In this document: positions 8,567-18,057 of the stretch, in pieces
Layout: each line of letters starts with the position of its first letter
Numbering within the stretch: position 1 is the first letter of the stretch
Source: Bdellovibrionales bacterium
GTDB lineage: Bacteria > Bdellovibrionota > Bdellovibrionia > Bdellovibrionales > UBA1609
DNA: 64,000 nt
NCBI GenBank assembly: GCA_041690295.1
Contig: JAWLHR010000001.1
Coordinates: 1 to 64,000 of the forward strand
Direction of reading: 5' to 3'
Translations under genes and position numbers: made by a program
Notes under the pieces: model-generated
The model's input: the letters and a program-made list of their open reading frames with translations, nothing else
What the model was told of the DNA's origin: nothing
The model's database searches: none

Positions 8567-10264
8567 CTATTTGCGGCGCTTTTTCGGAGGGATGACCTTC
8601 GGTTCCTGCGGCAACGGATTCAGCAGAGTCCCCGGCACATTGTAAATCGGCGTCGGTGAATAAATATAGGGTCTAACCACCGGTGGGGCTCCGCCGAAGT
8701 AAGTGCCCTGTTGAATCTGATTAATATTCTGACCAATTTGATTCATGTGATGTTGAAAGCTTGTGGCCCCAACCGATGTCGGACCAGGCATGTAGGGCGC
8801 GGTGAGAGGCGGTAAACCCGAAGTGAGTGTGGAGCCCGGAAATTGCGGTGTCGGAAATTGCGGCAATTGATGTTGAGGCCATTGTTGCAGGTAAGGCCAC
8901 TGCAGACCGGGAAACTGAATCGGCAAAGCTCCCGGGATGTGACCGTGGTCAAACTGTGTTGGCCCGAACAGCGGAGTGTATTGGGGAACTCCCGGCGCGG
9001 GTGGTTGGCCAGCGATCGGCAAATTCAGCGGCGCCACATTCCCCAACCCCACCGAACTCAATATGTTTTGTATAATCGGCAAAAAGCTTGGACCAAAACC
9101 GGTATTGAACAGTCCATTGCGATAAGACGGATTCATGAAGGGGGCCGACCAGGGGCTGCGTAAGGGACTGGGTTGATTGAAGATCGGCTGCACCTGATTG
9201 GCGAACATGGGATTGGCGATCACATGCGGGCTGGTGCCGTTACAAATGAAGGCGCCTTGTCCAATCGCCCCCGGAACCGCGCCGTAAATTCCGTTATGTA
9301 CTCCCATGTAGCCGGGAATGCGCGCGGCATAGGGTCGCGCCGGGAATCTCTGAAAAGGTTGTGCTCCCGGTCGGATCACGGCCGGCGGTATCGGCTGACG
9401 ATGTTTGGATTTCGATTTGGCGAAAATGAGCGCGCCCACCGCGGCCAAGACGCCGGCGGTGCGGATAATCTGATCGCCCGTCGACTGAGAGGAGTAACCT
9501 CGTCGTTCAGAAGCACACGTCGCACAATATCGTCCTTCGACCACCTCGTTATTCACAATGCCGAGACGATTCTCATAGCCGGCGATTCTCGCTTCGATGG
9601 CGGCCTGTTCCTCACGCAAACGTTTCAGTTCTTCCATGATCTGATAGTATTCGGCGAGTCCTGAGCGACAAGTTTGAATCGCCGCCTCCGGGGGCCGGCC
9701 GGAAAAGGCGGGAATTTTCCAGGCGCAAACATCATCACGCACGCGCCCGTTTTCACCGGCGAAGACCGCCCAAGTGTTATGGATCCGGCCGTCTTTGATC
9801 ACACAGAAATCCGCCGGCGGCGGCAAAAGATTGGGATCCGGCTCGGAACCGCCAACCGGCGCCGCGATTGTGCCCGCTGGAAATGTGGCAACACCTCTGA
9901 TGACAGGCGCGCCACCCGGACCGCAATTCGTTCGGTACGCCGATGGCCCGCGACCATAGCGAAAGTGTTCATCAATGGCGCTGATCACTTGCGGTTTCAA
10001 CGCATACGCCATTTTGGCGCGCGCTTTGCCCAGCTGGTTTTCCAGCCGGGCGATCCTGGCGTTCTTCTCCTGGATCAACTGCGCGTCGCGACTCATGTAA
10101 CCGCGCAAATTGGCGATTTCATCATTGGCGCTGAAAGCCGCGTCGGCGGGCCGGTAGGCGCTGGGACAGTTGAGCCCGCCGTACACACCCGTGCCCCATT
10201 GGCCCGAAGCCATCAAAGGTGTGCTCAAGAATAAAAAAATCAGGACCCGGTATAGCCGTTCCAT
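8567..10264 (-). CDS. Secreted hypothetical protein with coiled coils, CxxC and long Pro/Gly/Gln-rich tail
   Basis: Signal peptide, coiled-coil segments, YCATC, hydrophobic segment, low-complexity C-terminal half. Confidence 0.7.
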   Translation of the reverse strand: MERLYRVLIFLFLSTPLMASGQWGTGVYGGLNCPSAYRPADAAFSANDEIANLRGYMSRDAQLIQEKNARIARLENQLGKARAKMAYALKPQVISAIDEHFRYGRGPSAYRTNCGPGGAPVIRGVATFPAGTIAAPVGGSEPDPNLLPPPADFCVIKDGRIHNTWAVFAGENGRVRDDVCAWKIPAFSGRPPEAAIQTCRSGLAEYYQIMEELKRLREEQAAIEARIAGYENRLGIVNNEVVEGRYCATCASERRGYSSQSTGDQIIRTAGVLAAVGALIFAKSKSKHRQPIPPAVIRPGAQPFQRFPARPYAARIPGYMGVHNGIYGAVPGAIGQGAFICNGTSPHVIANPMFANQVQPIFNQPSPLRSPWSAPFMNPSYRNGLFNTGFGPSFLPIIQNILSSVGLGNVAPLNLPIAGQPPAPGVPQYTPLFGPTQFDHGHIPGALPIQFPGLQWPYLQQWPQHQLPQFPTPQFPGSTLTSGLPPLTAPYMPGPTSVGATSFQHHMNQIGQNINQIQQGTYFGGAPPVVRPYIYSPTPIYNVPGTLLNPLPQEPKVIPPKKRRK

Positions 10265-10379
10265 TCCTTTACTTTTCGTGAATATAAAGATGTGGCTTTA
10301 AGCCAGCCGGACAATCCGGACCAAAGACAAGCGTGGTGGCGGTTGCTTGCACTCAGGTTGAACCCTAAACTGATTAAGA

Positions 10380-11480
10380 ATGAAACACACGGTTTTATGT
10401 GTCGACGACGAAAGCGATAACGTCGACGCGCTTGAACGCCTTTTTCGCCGAAAATACAACGTCCTCAAGGCCACATCCGGCGCCGATGCGTTGAAGCTGA
10501 TGGAATCAAATCAAGTCTCGCTGATCGTGACCGATCAGCGCATGCCGCATATGACCGGTGTTGAATTTCTGCAAGAAAGCATGCGTTTCGCTCCGGAAGC
10601 CATTCGCATTCTTCTCACCGGTTACACGGACATCGAGTCGGTGATCGCGGCCATTAATTCCGGGCAAGTTTACCGCTACGTCACCAAACCCTGGGACCCT
10701 CATGACCTGGCCAATACGGTCGACAAAGCCATAGAAAAATATGAACTCTCCGCCGAACTTAAAGAGAAAAATAAAGCGCTTGAGTTGGCTTTGAAGGAAC
10801 TGCGAACCCTTGATGAGGCCAAATCAAATTTCATGATTCTGATTAATCATGAACTCAAAACCCCGCTCACGGTCATGTTGAGCTTCCTTGATTTGCTCAA
10901 GGAAACTGATCTCAATGACGAACAGAAAAAATTTCTCGACCGCATCGGTCAAAGCGCGGCCCGCCTTCAATCGCTGATTCTTGATTCCCTGGAACTGGTT
11001 TCGGCCGAGGCCGGAACCCTGCCCATAAAAATGACCGGGATTGATTTGAAAAAGGTGGTCGCCGACTTGCAAACAAAGTTCGCCGGCTCCCTGGAAAAAA
11101 AGGGCATGACATTGGAGTTGGACTTAAAAGCTTCGCGGGTCAAAGCGGATGATCAGGCTTTGCGCTCGGTCTTGTCCCGCCTGCTGGACAATGCGATTAA
11201 ATTCGGCCTTGAGAAGAGCATTATCGAGTTGAGCGCCGAAGAAAAGGATGACGGCCAAGTGGTGTTGACGGTGGCCAACGAGGGAAAAGCGCTCAAGCCC
11301 GAAACCATCGAAAAAATCCTCAAGCCGTTTTCACTGGATGAAAATATCATGCACCACTCCAAAGGCACCGGACTGGGATTAAGCGTGGTGCAAGCGGTTT
11401 TGAAATGTTTGGGCTCGAATCTCGAAGTCCGATCACCGAAGGGTAAATTCGCCGCCACTTTCCAGCTTCCGGCCAACTGA
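10380..11480 (+). CDS. Hybrid response regulator-histidine kinase (REC-HisKA-HATPase)
   Basis: LCVDDE...VTDQRMP...KPW receiver domain; NHELKTPL H-box; LLDNAIKF N-box; GTGLGL G-box. Confidence 0.93.
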   Translation: MKHTVLCVDDESDNVDALERLFRRKYNVLKATSGADALKLMESNQVSLIVTDQRMPHMTGVEFLQESMRFAPEAIRILLTGYTDIESVIAAINSGQVYRYVTKPWDPHDLANTVDKAIEKYELSAELKEKNKALELALKELRTLDEAKSNFMILINHELKTPLTVMLSFLDLLKETDLNDEQKKFLDRIGQSAARLQSLILDSLELVSAEAGTLPIKMTGIDLKKVVADLQTKFAGSLEKKGMTLELDLKASRVKADDQALRSVLSRLLDNAIKFGLEKSIIELSAEEKDDGQVVLTVANEGKALKPETIEKILKPFSLDENIMHHSKGTGLGLSVVQAVLKCLGSNLEVRSPKGKFAATFQLPAN

Positions 11481-11538
11481 CCGGAATTCGGACACGTTCT
11501 CTGCTTTAAATGGATTTCGCACTGGCGCCGATGCTGCA
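11478..11538 (+). promoter_or_regulatory. Sigma54 promoter with upstream boxes for the secretin-ATPase operon
   Basis: CTGGCGCCGATGCTGCA at 11522-11538 (GG-N10-GC); upstream TGACCG-N5-CGGACA and TTTAAATGG. Confidence 0.65.
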
Positions 11539-11550
11539 TTCCCGTCCGGC

Positions 11551-12852
11551 ATGCGTTTCTTAATAACCATTGTTCTTCTCTACACACAAGGACTCCGGGC
11601 TTCCCCGATTTGGTTGAAAGTGGGCGAAGTCCGGAGTCTTCCCGCCTCGCCGGAAGCCGTGATTCGTGTCGGCCAGCGCGGCGTGATCCGCGTGATTGAA
11701 GAAGATCATTCGATTCGTCTGATTGGCTTGAAACCCGGCCACACCTCGCTCGTGATTGATTCCATGAGCCACACCGTCGTGGTGGCGCGGTCGTCACAAA
11801 AAGATTTTGTCATGGCCTTGAAAGATGAACTCTCGCGTATGAAAGGATTGCGTCTCGTGACCGACACGCAACCGGTGGAGATCGTGGGCACCTTGTTGCG
11901 TTTCTCCGACTGGAAACGTTTGGCTATGCTCGCCCGAAAATTTCAAGGCGAGTATGTTTTTCGCGCGCAAGCCTTGCCCGATGTGGCCGAAGTGGCTCTG
12001 CCTTATTTTCAAAACCTGGCGAAAACGCGTGGGCTGCCGGTGTTACGCTTTTCCGCCGAGCCGCGATTCGCCGTTCATGTCCCCTCGGTTTCAAAATCCA
12101 AAGGGCTTGAAACCGCCGCGGTGAACGCTTTTCGCGATTACGGCATTTCGGTGCAGGCCGCGCCGAGCGATCTTCACATCGAACCGCTGGTCAGAACTCA
12201 GGTTATTCTGGCGGAACTCAGCCGCGGACGTACACGGGAATTCGGTGTGGAATGGCCGACATCCTATCAAGCGCAATTGTTGCCGAAGATGGAAGCCAAT
12301 CAACAATTACTGGTTTCGCTCAAAGCCCTGGAAAGCAACGGGCAAGCGCAGATCCTCGCCTCACCCAATCTCCTCTGCCGAAGCGGCGGCGAGGCCCGCT
12401 TCCACGCCGGCGGCGAATTCCCCATTCGTCTGATTTCGCGGCAGACGCGCGACGTCCACTGGAAACAACATGGTGTTTTGCTAAAAGTGAAACCAAAGGC
12501 CGACTTTCAAGGCGCCATGAGCATCGAAGTGGAAACGGAAGTCTCGCTGCTGGATATGGCGAACGCGGTGGATGGAATTCCGGCCCTCAAAACCAATCGG
12601 GTGAAAAGTCACTTTGACCTTCCCGGTAAAAGGACGATCGCACTCTCGGGTTTAATTAAACAGTCGCTTGGCGATTCAAAAGAAGGTCTGCCTCTGCTCT
12701 CCAGTCTTCCCGTCCTGGGTCCGTTGTTTTCCAGCCGCAAATTTCTGGCCGAACAAAGTGAGCTGGTGATTTTTGTGACACCCGAAATTCACTCACCCGA
12801 AACCGAAACCCAAATTGAAATGCCCAAGGGATGGGTGACCCATGAATGGTGA
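11551..12852 (+). CDS. cpaC: Tad pilus secretin (CpaC/RcpA)
   Basis: AQILASPNLLCRSGGEARFHAGGEFPI; GLPLLSSLPVLGPLFSS...ELVIFVTP secretin signature. Confidence 0.9.
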   Translation: MRFLITIVLLYTQGLRASPIWLKVGEVRSLPASPEAVIRVGQRGVIRVIEEDHSIRLIGLKPGHTSLVIDSMSHTVVVARSSQKDFVMALKDELSRMKGLRLVTDTQPVEIVGTLLRFSDWKRLAMLARKFQGEYVFRAQALPDVAEVALPYFQNLAKTRGLPVLRFSAEPRFAVHVPSVSKSKGLETAAVNAFRDYGISVQAAPSDLHIEPLVRTQVILAELSRGRTREFGVEWPTSYQAQLLPKMEANQQLLVSLKALESNGQAQILASPNLLCRSGGEARFHAGGEFPIRLISRQTRDVHWKQHGVLLKVKPKADFQGAMSIEVETEVSLLDMANAVDGIPALKTNRVKSHFDLPGKRTIALSGLIKQSLGDSKEGLPLLSSLPVLGPLFSSRKFLAEQSELVIFVTPEIHSPETETQIEMPKGWVTHEW

Positions 12853-13927
12853 ACTCAAGGCGCGCGCGCAGGAAATTCAGGATGAATTCACCAAGGTCTG
12901 GACCTTCGATTCTCAGGATTTGGTGCGACCGCCCGCCGATGATCTCCTCGCGAGTCTCATTGAAAAATCACCCACGCCGATCGTTTCACGACTGAAAACC
13001 GAATTTTTCGGCGTGGGGCCGATTGAAGATCTCGTCAACGACCCGCAGGTGCAGGAAATCGTCATCAATGGCGGCGATAACATTTGGTTCGAACGCGACG
13101 GAAAATTCCAGAAATGGACGGACGCGTTTTTGTCTGATGGCACCTTCAAGCGATTCGTGGACCGGGTCGCCGCCGAATCCGGAATGGTGTTGGATCTGGA
13201 AAAACCTTTCGCCGACGGGCGATGGCGCGGATTTCGCGTCCATATGGTTTGCGCGCCGTTATCCAACCGCAGTTTTCATATCACCTTCCGGCGCTTGCCG
13301 CAAAATCCCTGGACGCTCGAAAAACTTCTGGATCACAACTGGTGCGCCCCGGAGCAAATGGAGTGCCTCAGAAAATTGATCGAAGATAAAAAGAACCTTC
13401 TCTTTATCGGGCCCACGGGCTGCGGAAAGACCTCGGTCCTCGGCGCCTGTTTGAAGTCGCTTCCGGCCGAGGAGCGCGTCGTGATTATTGAAGACACCGA
13501 TGAATTACCGATCACCAACGAGGCCAGCACCAAACTACTCACCCGCCAGGCGACGTCCACCGCGCTGAAGGAAGTGAGCCTTTGTGAGCTGGTGAAACAA
13601 AGTCTGCGCATGCGGCCGTTTCGTCTGGTGGTGGGTGAGGTTCGTGGCGTGGAAGCCAAAGACCTGATGCTGGCCTTGGCCACCGGTCATAGCGGCAGCT
13701 TGGGCACGCTTCACGCGCGGGAAGCCAGGGAAGCGCTGATCCGTTTGGAAATGCTCGTGCAAATGGGCGCTCCCCAGTGGAATCTTCAAGCCATCCGGCA
13801 GTTGATCCAACTGAGCGTTGATGGCCTTGTTGTTTGCGGAAATAAAAACGGCCACCGTCAGCTGGAAGGAATTTTCCGGGTGGCCGCTTTGGAATCGTTC
13901 GGTTTTCTAATGGAACAAATCGCCTGA
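12842..13927 (+). CDS. cpaF: Tad pilus ATPase (CpaF/TadA)
   Basis: Walker A GPTGCGKT, IEDTDEL, LRMRPFRLVVGEVRG, TGHSGSLGTLHA. Confidence 0.92.
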   Translation: MNGELKARAQEIQDEFTKVWTFDSQDLVRPPADDLLASLIEKSPTPIVSRLKTEFFGVGPIEDLVNDPQVQEIVINGGDNIWFERDGKFQKWTDAFLSDGTFKRFVDRVAAESGMVLDLEKPFADGRWRGFRVHMVCAPLSNRSFHITFRRLPQNPWTLEKLLDHNWCAPEQMECLRKLIEDKKNLLFIGPTGCGKTSVLGACLKSLPAEERVVIIEDTDELPITNEASTKLLTRQATSTALKEVSLCELVKQSLRMRPFRLVVGEVRGVEAKDLMLALATGHSGSLGTLHAREAREALIRLEMLVQMGAPQWNLQAIRQLIQLSVDGLVVCGNKNGHRQLEGIFRVAALESFGFLMEQIA

Positions 13928-13929
13928 TC

Positions 13930-14316
13930 TCACGCGCGCACGTCGATGTAGGATCCGCGTGGCGTGTATTCCACGGGTTCCTCCATCTCCGGAGCTTCCG
14001 CCATTTCGGCTTCCATTCGCGCGTCCGGTGAGACCGTTTCGACGTCCTCCTCAGGACGGCGAATTCGGCTCATGAAGAACTGATCGGACATCTGCTGCAC
14101 GATCTTGTCGGGACCGTGAGCGCGCCGCTGTTCCGTGATTTCGGCGTGAAGTGCCGCCGCTCTGGCCGCGGTGGACACCGGGCTGTGACTGACGGCCGTT
14201 GATTCGCCGACCGGTCGACCGAAACTCGGTGCGCCCGGGCGAACAGGGGCCGCGTTCTTTAGATCGGCCGAGGAAACCCGCGAGTTACCCCGAACAATCT
14301 GACTTATTTTCTCCAT
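13930..14316 (-). CDS. Hypothetical protein with C-terminal G-x-x-I-D-x-x-A motif
   Basis: SD GGAGG upstream; ends YTPRGSYIDVRA. Confidence 0.7.
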   Translation of the reverse strand: MEKISQIVRGNSRVSSADLKNAAPVRPGAPSFGRPVGESTAVSHSPVSTAARAAALHAEITEQRRAHGPDKIVQQMSDQFFMSRIRRPEEDVETVSPDARMEAEMAEAPEMEEPVEYTPRGSYIDVRA

Positions 14317-14435
14317 TCCTCACCTCCATGTGTGTGGAGAATTCCCGCGCTACTCGCGCGGTCGAAGAGAATTCCTTTCTTTCCGCGCGCGGAATTCACC
14401 CGCGCCTATCCTTCATTTCGGAATTCACACAGGAC

Positions 14436-14768
14436 TTAAGAACGGGGCTTACGTCTAAATTTGAGAATTTGGCTGAGCGCCAAATACATGTACAAGGCGA
14501 AGATCGGCTGGACGAAGAGCAGGATTTTGAAGTTGGACGAGAAGTAGTCGTAGGGAAGTTCCCGCCGAGCGATCAAAGAAAGTCCTGAACCAAGTTCCAT
14601 GAGTAAAAGACCGACGATGATATTGGCGAGAACGGCGGCCACCGTGAAACCGACGATCAGAGAAAGTCGGGATCCGCGCAGATGCCCTTCTTTTCCCAGC
14701 AAGTATGCGATGACCGGAAATGCCACGGCGTGGAATAAATGGAGAAAGAAAAATATGGCTGCGGCCAC
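14436..14768 (-). CDS. Hypothetical membrane protein
   Basis: Three hydrophobic segments; immediately follows aspS. Confidence 0.6.
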   Translation of the reverse strand: MAAAIFFFLHLFHAVAFPVIAYLLGKEGHLRGSRLSLIVGFTVAAVLANIIVGLLLMELGSGLSLIARRELPYDYFSSNFKILLFVQPIFALYMYLALSQILKFRRKPRS

Positions 14769-14773
14769 AAAAC

Positions 14774-16570
14774 CTACCTCATCTTTTGCATCACTGATTC
14801 TGCCAATCTTATGCCAAGCTCGAGCAATTGTTCTTTAGCCACGGGACTCGGCGCTTCGGCCATTAAATCCGCCGCTTTGGCGGTTTTCGGAAACGCGATC
14901 ACATCGCGAATGGCTTCCGTGCCGGCCAGCAACATCACAAGACGATCCACGCCCCACGCGATACCGCCGTGAGGAGGCGTACCGTAGCTCAAAGCTTCGA
15001 TAAAAAAGCCGAATTTCAAGCGCACTTCTTCCTCACTGAGGCCGAGCGCATCGAACATCGCCGCTTGCACCGATTGACGGTGAATCCTGACACTCCCGCC
15101 CGCCAACTCATAACCGTTGCAAACCAAGTCGTAGGCCTTGGCGAGTAAAGTGGGATAACGAACTTCTTCGCGGTTTAAAAGAATGTCGAGCTGATCATCC
15201 TTCGGTGAAGTGAACGGGTGATGCCGGGCCGCCCATCGTTTGTTTTCAATGTCGTACTCAAAGAGCGGGAAATCGATTACCCAAAGGAAACGGTATTCGC
15301 TCTGGTCGATGAGGTTCAACTCGCGTCCCAATTCATTTCGCAACATGGAGAGCGCCGCGCAAGTGGTGTCGAAGTCGTCGGCCACGATGAAAACCGCGCC
15401 CCCAGGCTCGCCACCGGCTTCGGTGTAAATCTTCTTCAAAGCCTCCGGACTGAAAAACTTGGCGACCGAAGAAGTGATGTTTCCGCCGTCTTCTTTGAAC
15501 CAAACCAAGCCTTTGGCGTTCATTTGCTTGGCCAGGTTCGTCAGCTTGTCGATGTAGGACCGTGAGAACGATCCGCCCTTTGGCACCGCGAGAGCTTTCA
15601 CCGAACCTTTTCGCGCCACCACGTCGTCGAACACTTTAAATCCATGGCCCGACACCACATGGGAGACATCACGCAGTTTCAGTGGGTTGCGCAAATCCGG
15701 TTTATCGGAGCCATAAGTGTTCATGGCGTCCTGGTAAGTCATCCGCGGGATGTCTTTGATTTCATACCCAATGGTTTCCCGCCAGAGAGTCCGGGCGAGC
15801 TCCTCATTGAGTTTGATGACATCATCCTCATCAACGAAACTCAGTTCCATATCGATTTGGGTGAACTCCGGCTGCCGGTCGGCGCGCAAATCCTCGTCGC
15901 GAAAACAACGCGTGATTTGAAAGTATTTGTCCATGCCCCCGACCATCAAAAGCTGCTTCAAGGTCTGTGGGCTTTGGGGAAGAGCATAGAAGTTTCCCGG
16001 ATTCACGCGGGAGGGGACCAGATAGTCACGCGCCCCTTCGGGCGTGCTCTTATAAAGAATCGGAGTTTCCACTTCGATGAATCCGCGATCCGACAAAAAA
16101 TCACGCGTCACCTTACAAGCCTTGTGCCGGAGACGAAGATGCTTTTGCAAACGCGGGCTTCGGAGATCGAGGTAGCGGTATTTCAAGCGCAAGGTTTCAG
16201 ACACCTTGGGATCGTCGACCAGGAAAGGCGGAGTGTTCGCTTCCGAAAGAATTTCCATCTTGGAAACCTCGACTTCGACATCACCGGTTTTGATTTTCGG
16301 ATTCGCCATTCCCTCGGGACGCGCGCGCACCTTGCCCTGCACCGCCACCACATACTCATTGCGGAGATCCTTCGCCGTCGCACAGGCCGGCTCATTGGGA
16401 TTCATCACGATTTGCACCAGTCCTTCACGGTCCCGGAGATCGACGAACACCAGCCCGCCATGATCGCGGCGTGTGTCCACCCACCCCATCAGGACAACCA
16501 TTTGCCCGACGTGTTCTTTACATAGATCCCCGCAGTAATGCGTCCGCTTTAGAGTCTTCAAAAATGCCAT
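14774..16570 (-). CDS. aspS: Aspartate--tRNA ligase (probably non-discriminating Asp/Asn type)
   Basis: [51 protein letters not shown]; His in RRDHGG suggests non-discriminating type. Confidence 0.98.
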   Translation of the reverse strand: MAFLKTLKRTHYCGDLCKEHVGQMVVLMGWVDTRRDHGGLVFVDLRDREGLVQIVMNPNEPACATAKDLRNEYVVAVQGKVRARPEGMANPKIKTGDVEVEVSKMEILSEANTPPFLVDDPKVSETLRLKYRYLDLRSPRLQKHLRLRHKACKVTRDFLSDRGFIEVETPILYKSTPEGARDYLVPSRVNPGNFYALPQSPQTLKQLLMVGGMDKYFQITRCFRDEDLRADRQPEFTQIDMELSFVDEDDVIKLNEELARTLWRETIGYEIKDIPRMTYQDAMNTYGSDKPDLRNPLKLRDVSHVVSGHGFKVFDDVVARKGSVKALAVPKGGSFSRSYIDKLTNLAKQMNAKGLVWFKEDGGNITSSVAKFFSPEALKKIYTEAGGEPGGAVFIVADDFDTTCAALSMLRNELGRELNLIDQSEYRFLWVIDFPLFEYDIENKRWAARHHPFTSPKDDQLDILLNREEVRYPTLLAKAYDLVCNGYELAGGSVRIHRQSVQAAMFDALGLSEEEVRLKFGFFIEALSYGTPPHGGIAWGVDRLVMLLAGTEAIRDVIAFPKTAKAADLMAEAPSPVAKEQLLELGIRLAESVMQKMR

Positions 16571-16696
16571 TGGCGACCTCGCTCGAGCTGCGGTGGCCGG
16601 TTCAGCCGCCGCACCAAGAAAAATCCCAGTTTCCCACGCCTAATAAGGCCTTTCAACAGGTGACAGACCCCAGGCGATGCTTTATGTTTTCTTGAT

Positions 16697-17002
16697 ATGC
16701 CATCAGTTAAAATTGAAAAACAGTGCAAACTCAGCGCCGATGACAGTTTCAAGCGGATTTCGGATCTTTTGACCAATGACAAGGATCTGAGAAAATTGGA
16801 TCCCAAGTATAAGGCCGACTTCAATCCGGCCACCCGCTCCGGATCCGCCGATGGCTCCATGTTCAAGGCAAAAATGAATATCACTGAATCCGCCGGGGGT
16901 TCGCGCATAGAAATTGTCGTGGACCTCCCTTTCCATCTGGCTCTGGCCAAAGGAATGGTGGAGAAAACTCTGACTCGTAAGCTCGAGGAAGTGCTGGCCT
17001 AG
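16697..17002 (+). CDS. Polyhydroxyalkanoic-acid-system family-like small protein
   Basis: GSMFKAKMNI...IEIVVDLPFHLALAKGMVEKTLTRKL resembles the PHA granule region family. Confidence 0.55.
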   Translation: MPSVKIEKQCKLSADDSFKRISDLLTNDKDLRKLDPKYKADFNPATRSGSADGSMFKAKMNITESAGGSRIEIVVDLPFHLALAKGMVEKTLTRKLEEVLA

Positions 17003-17013
17003 GAGGTTACCTC

Positions 17014-18057
17014 ATGGCCAAGACAAAGAAAGCCACCAAGCCGAAGACGCGAAAAAAGGCGGCGTCGACACGAGCCAAATCTCTAAAAGGATTCAAGAAA
17101 GTCGAAGCGGAAATCGTCGAGCCGAAACCTCAGGCGGAAGTGATCCCCGCCGAGTTCGAAGATACGGACCTGGGGATCGATCCGACCGATGCCGAACCCG
17201 TGGCCCAATTGACGGACACCAAGGCATTGACCACCGGGGCCGATCCGGTCACCCGGTACATGGCCGAAATCAGCCGCTACCCCCTGCTGACCCGGGAGCA
17301 GGAATACGCGCTCGCGGTCCGTTATCGCGAAACCGGTGATCCAAAAGCCGCCGAAGCCCTGGTGACCAGCAATCTCAGGTTTGTCGTTAAGGTGGCCGCG
17401 GAATACACGAGATTCGGCGCCAAGCTGATTGATCTCGTGCAGGAAGGTAACGTCGGTCTCATGCACGCGGTGAAGGAATTCAATCCCTATAAAGGCGTGC
17501 GGTTGATCACTTATGCGGTTTGGTGGATCCGCGGTTACATCCAGGAATATTTGATGCGCCAGTACTCAATGGTGCGGATCGGGACCACGGCCACCCAGAG
17601 AAAGCTTTTTTATCAATTACAACGCGAGAAAGATAAGCTTGAACAAATGGGTGTGGCCCAGGGGATCGCGCAAATCAGCGGTAAGCTGGGCGTACCCGAA
17701 GAAGACGTGCAGGAGATGCACTCCCGGCTAAGCGGGCGCGACATCAGTTTGGACGCGCCCGTCGGCGACAACGGGGATTCAAGCCGATTGCTCGACTTTC
17801 AAAGCGAGGCCGATCCTTCGGATTTGGACGAGACCATTGGAACCCGCGAGGAATTAGAGCGATTGATGACCCATATCGAAGCTCTGCGCCCCTCGCTCAG
17901 TGACAAAGAAAAGTTCTTGCTTGAAGCCCGGCTGCTGGCCGATGAACCCATGACTCTTCAGGAAATCGGCGACAAATACGGCACCACCCGTGAGGCGGTC
18001 CGGCAAATGGAAAGCCGACTTTTGGAAAAAATCAGAAAATCCGTGGTCTCAGGCTGA
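17014..18057 (+). CDS. rpoH: RNA polymerase sigma factor, sigma-32 (RpoH)-like
   Basis: LVTSNLRFVVKVA, DLVQEGNVGLMHAVKEFNP, YAVWWIR, RpoH-box-like TATQRKLFYQL. Confidence 0.88.
   Translation: MAKTKKATKPKTRKKAASTRAKSLKGFKKVEAEIVEPKPQAEVIPAEFEDTDLGIDPTDAEPVAQLTDTKALTTGADPVTRYMAEISRYPLLTREQEYALAVRYRETGDPKAAEALVTSNLRFVVKVAAEYTRFGAKLIDLVQEGNVGLMHAVKEFNPYKGVRLITYAVWWIRGYIQEYLMRQYSMVRIGTTATQRKLFYQLQREKDKLEQMGVAQGIAQISGKLGVPEEDVQEMHSRLSGRDISLDAPVGDNGDSSRLLDFQSEADPSDLDETIGTREELERLMTHIEALRPSLSDKEKFLLEARLLADEPMTLQEIGDKYGTTREAVRQMESRLLEKIRKSVVSG

Noticed and set aside
15644..16525. Long antisense ORFs (also 21553-22431, 27043-27936, 32564-33313, 46815-47444)
   Set aside because: Shadow frames opposite well-conserved genes; no motifs, and expected from codon bias.
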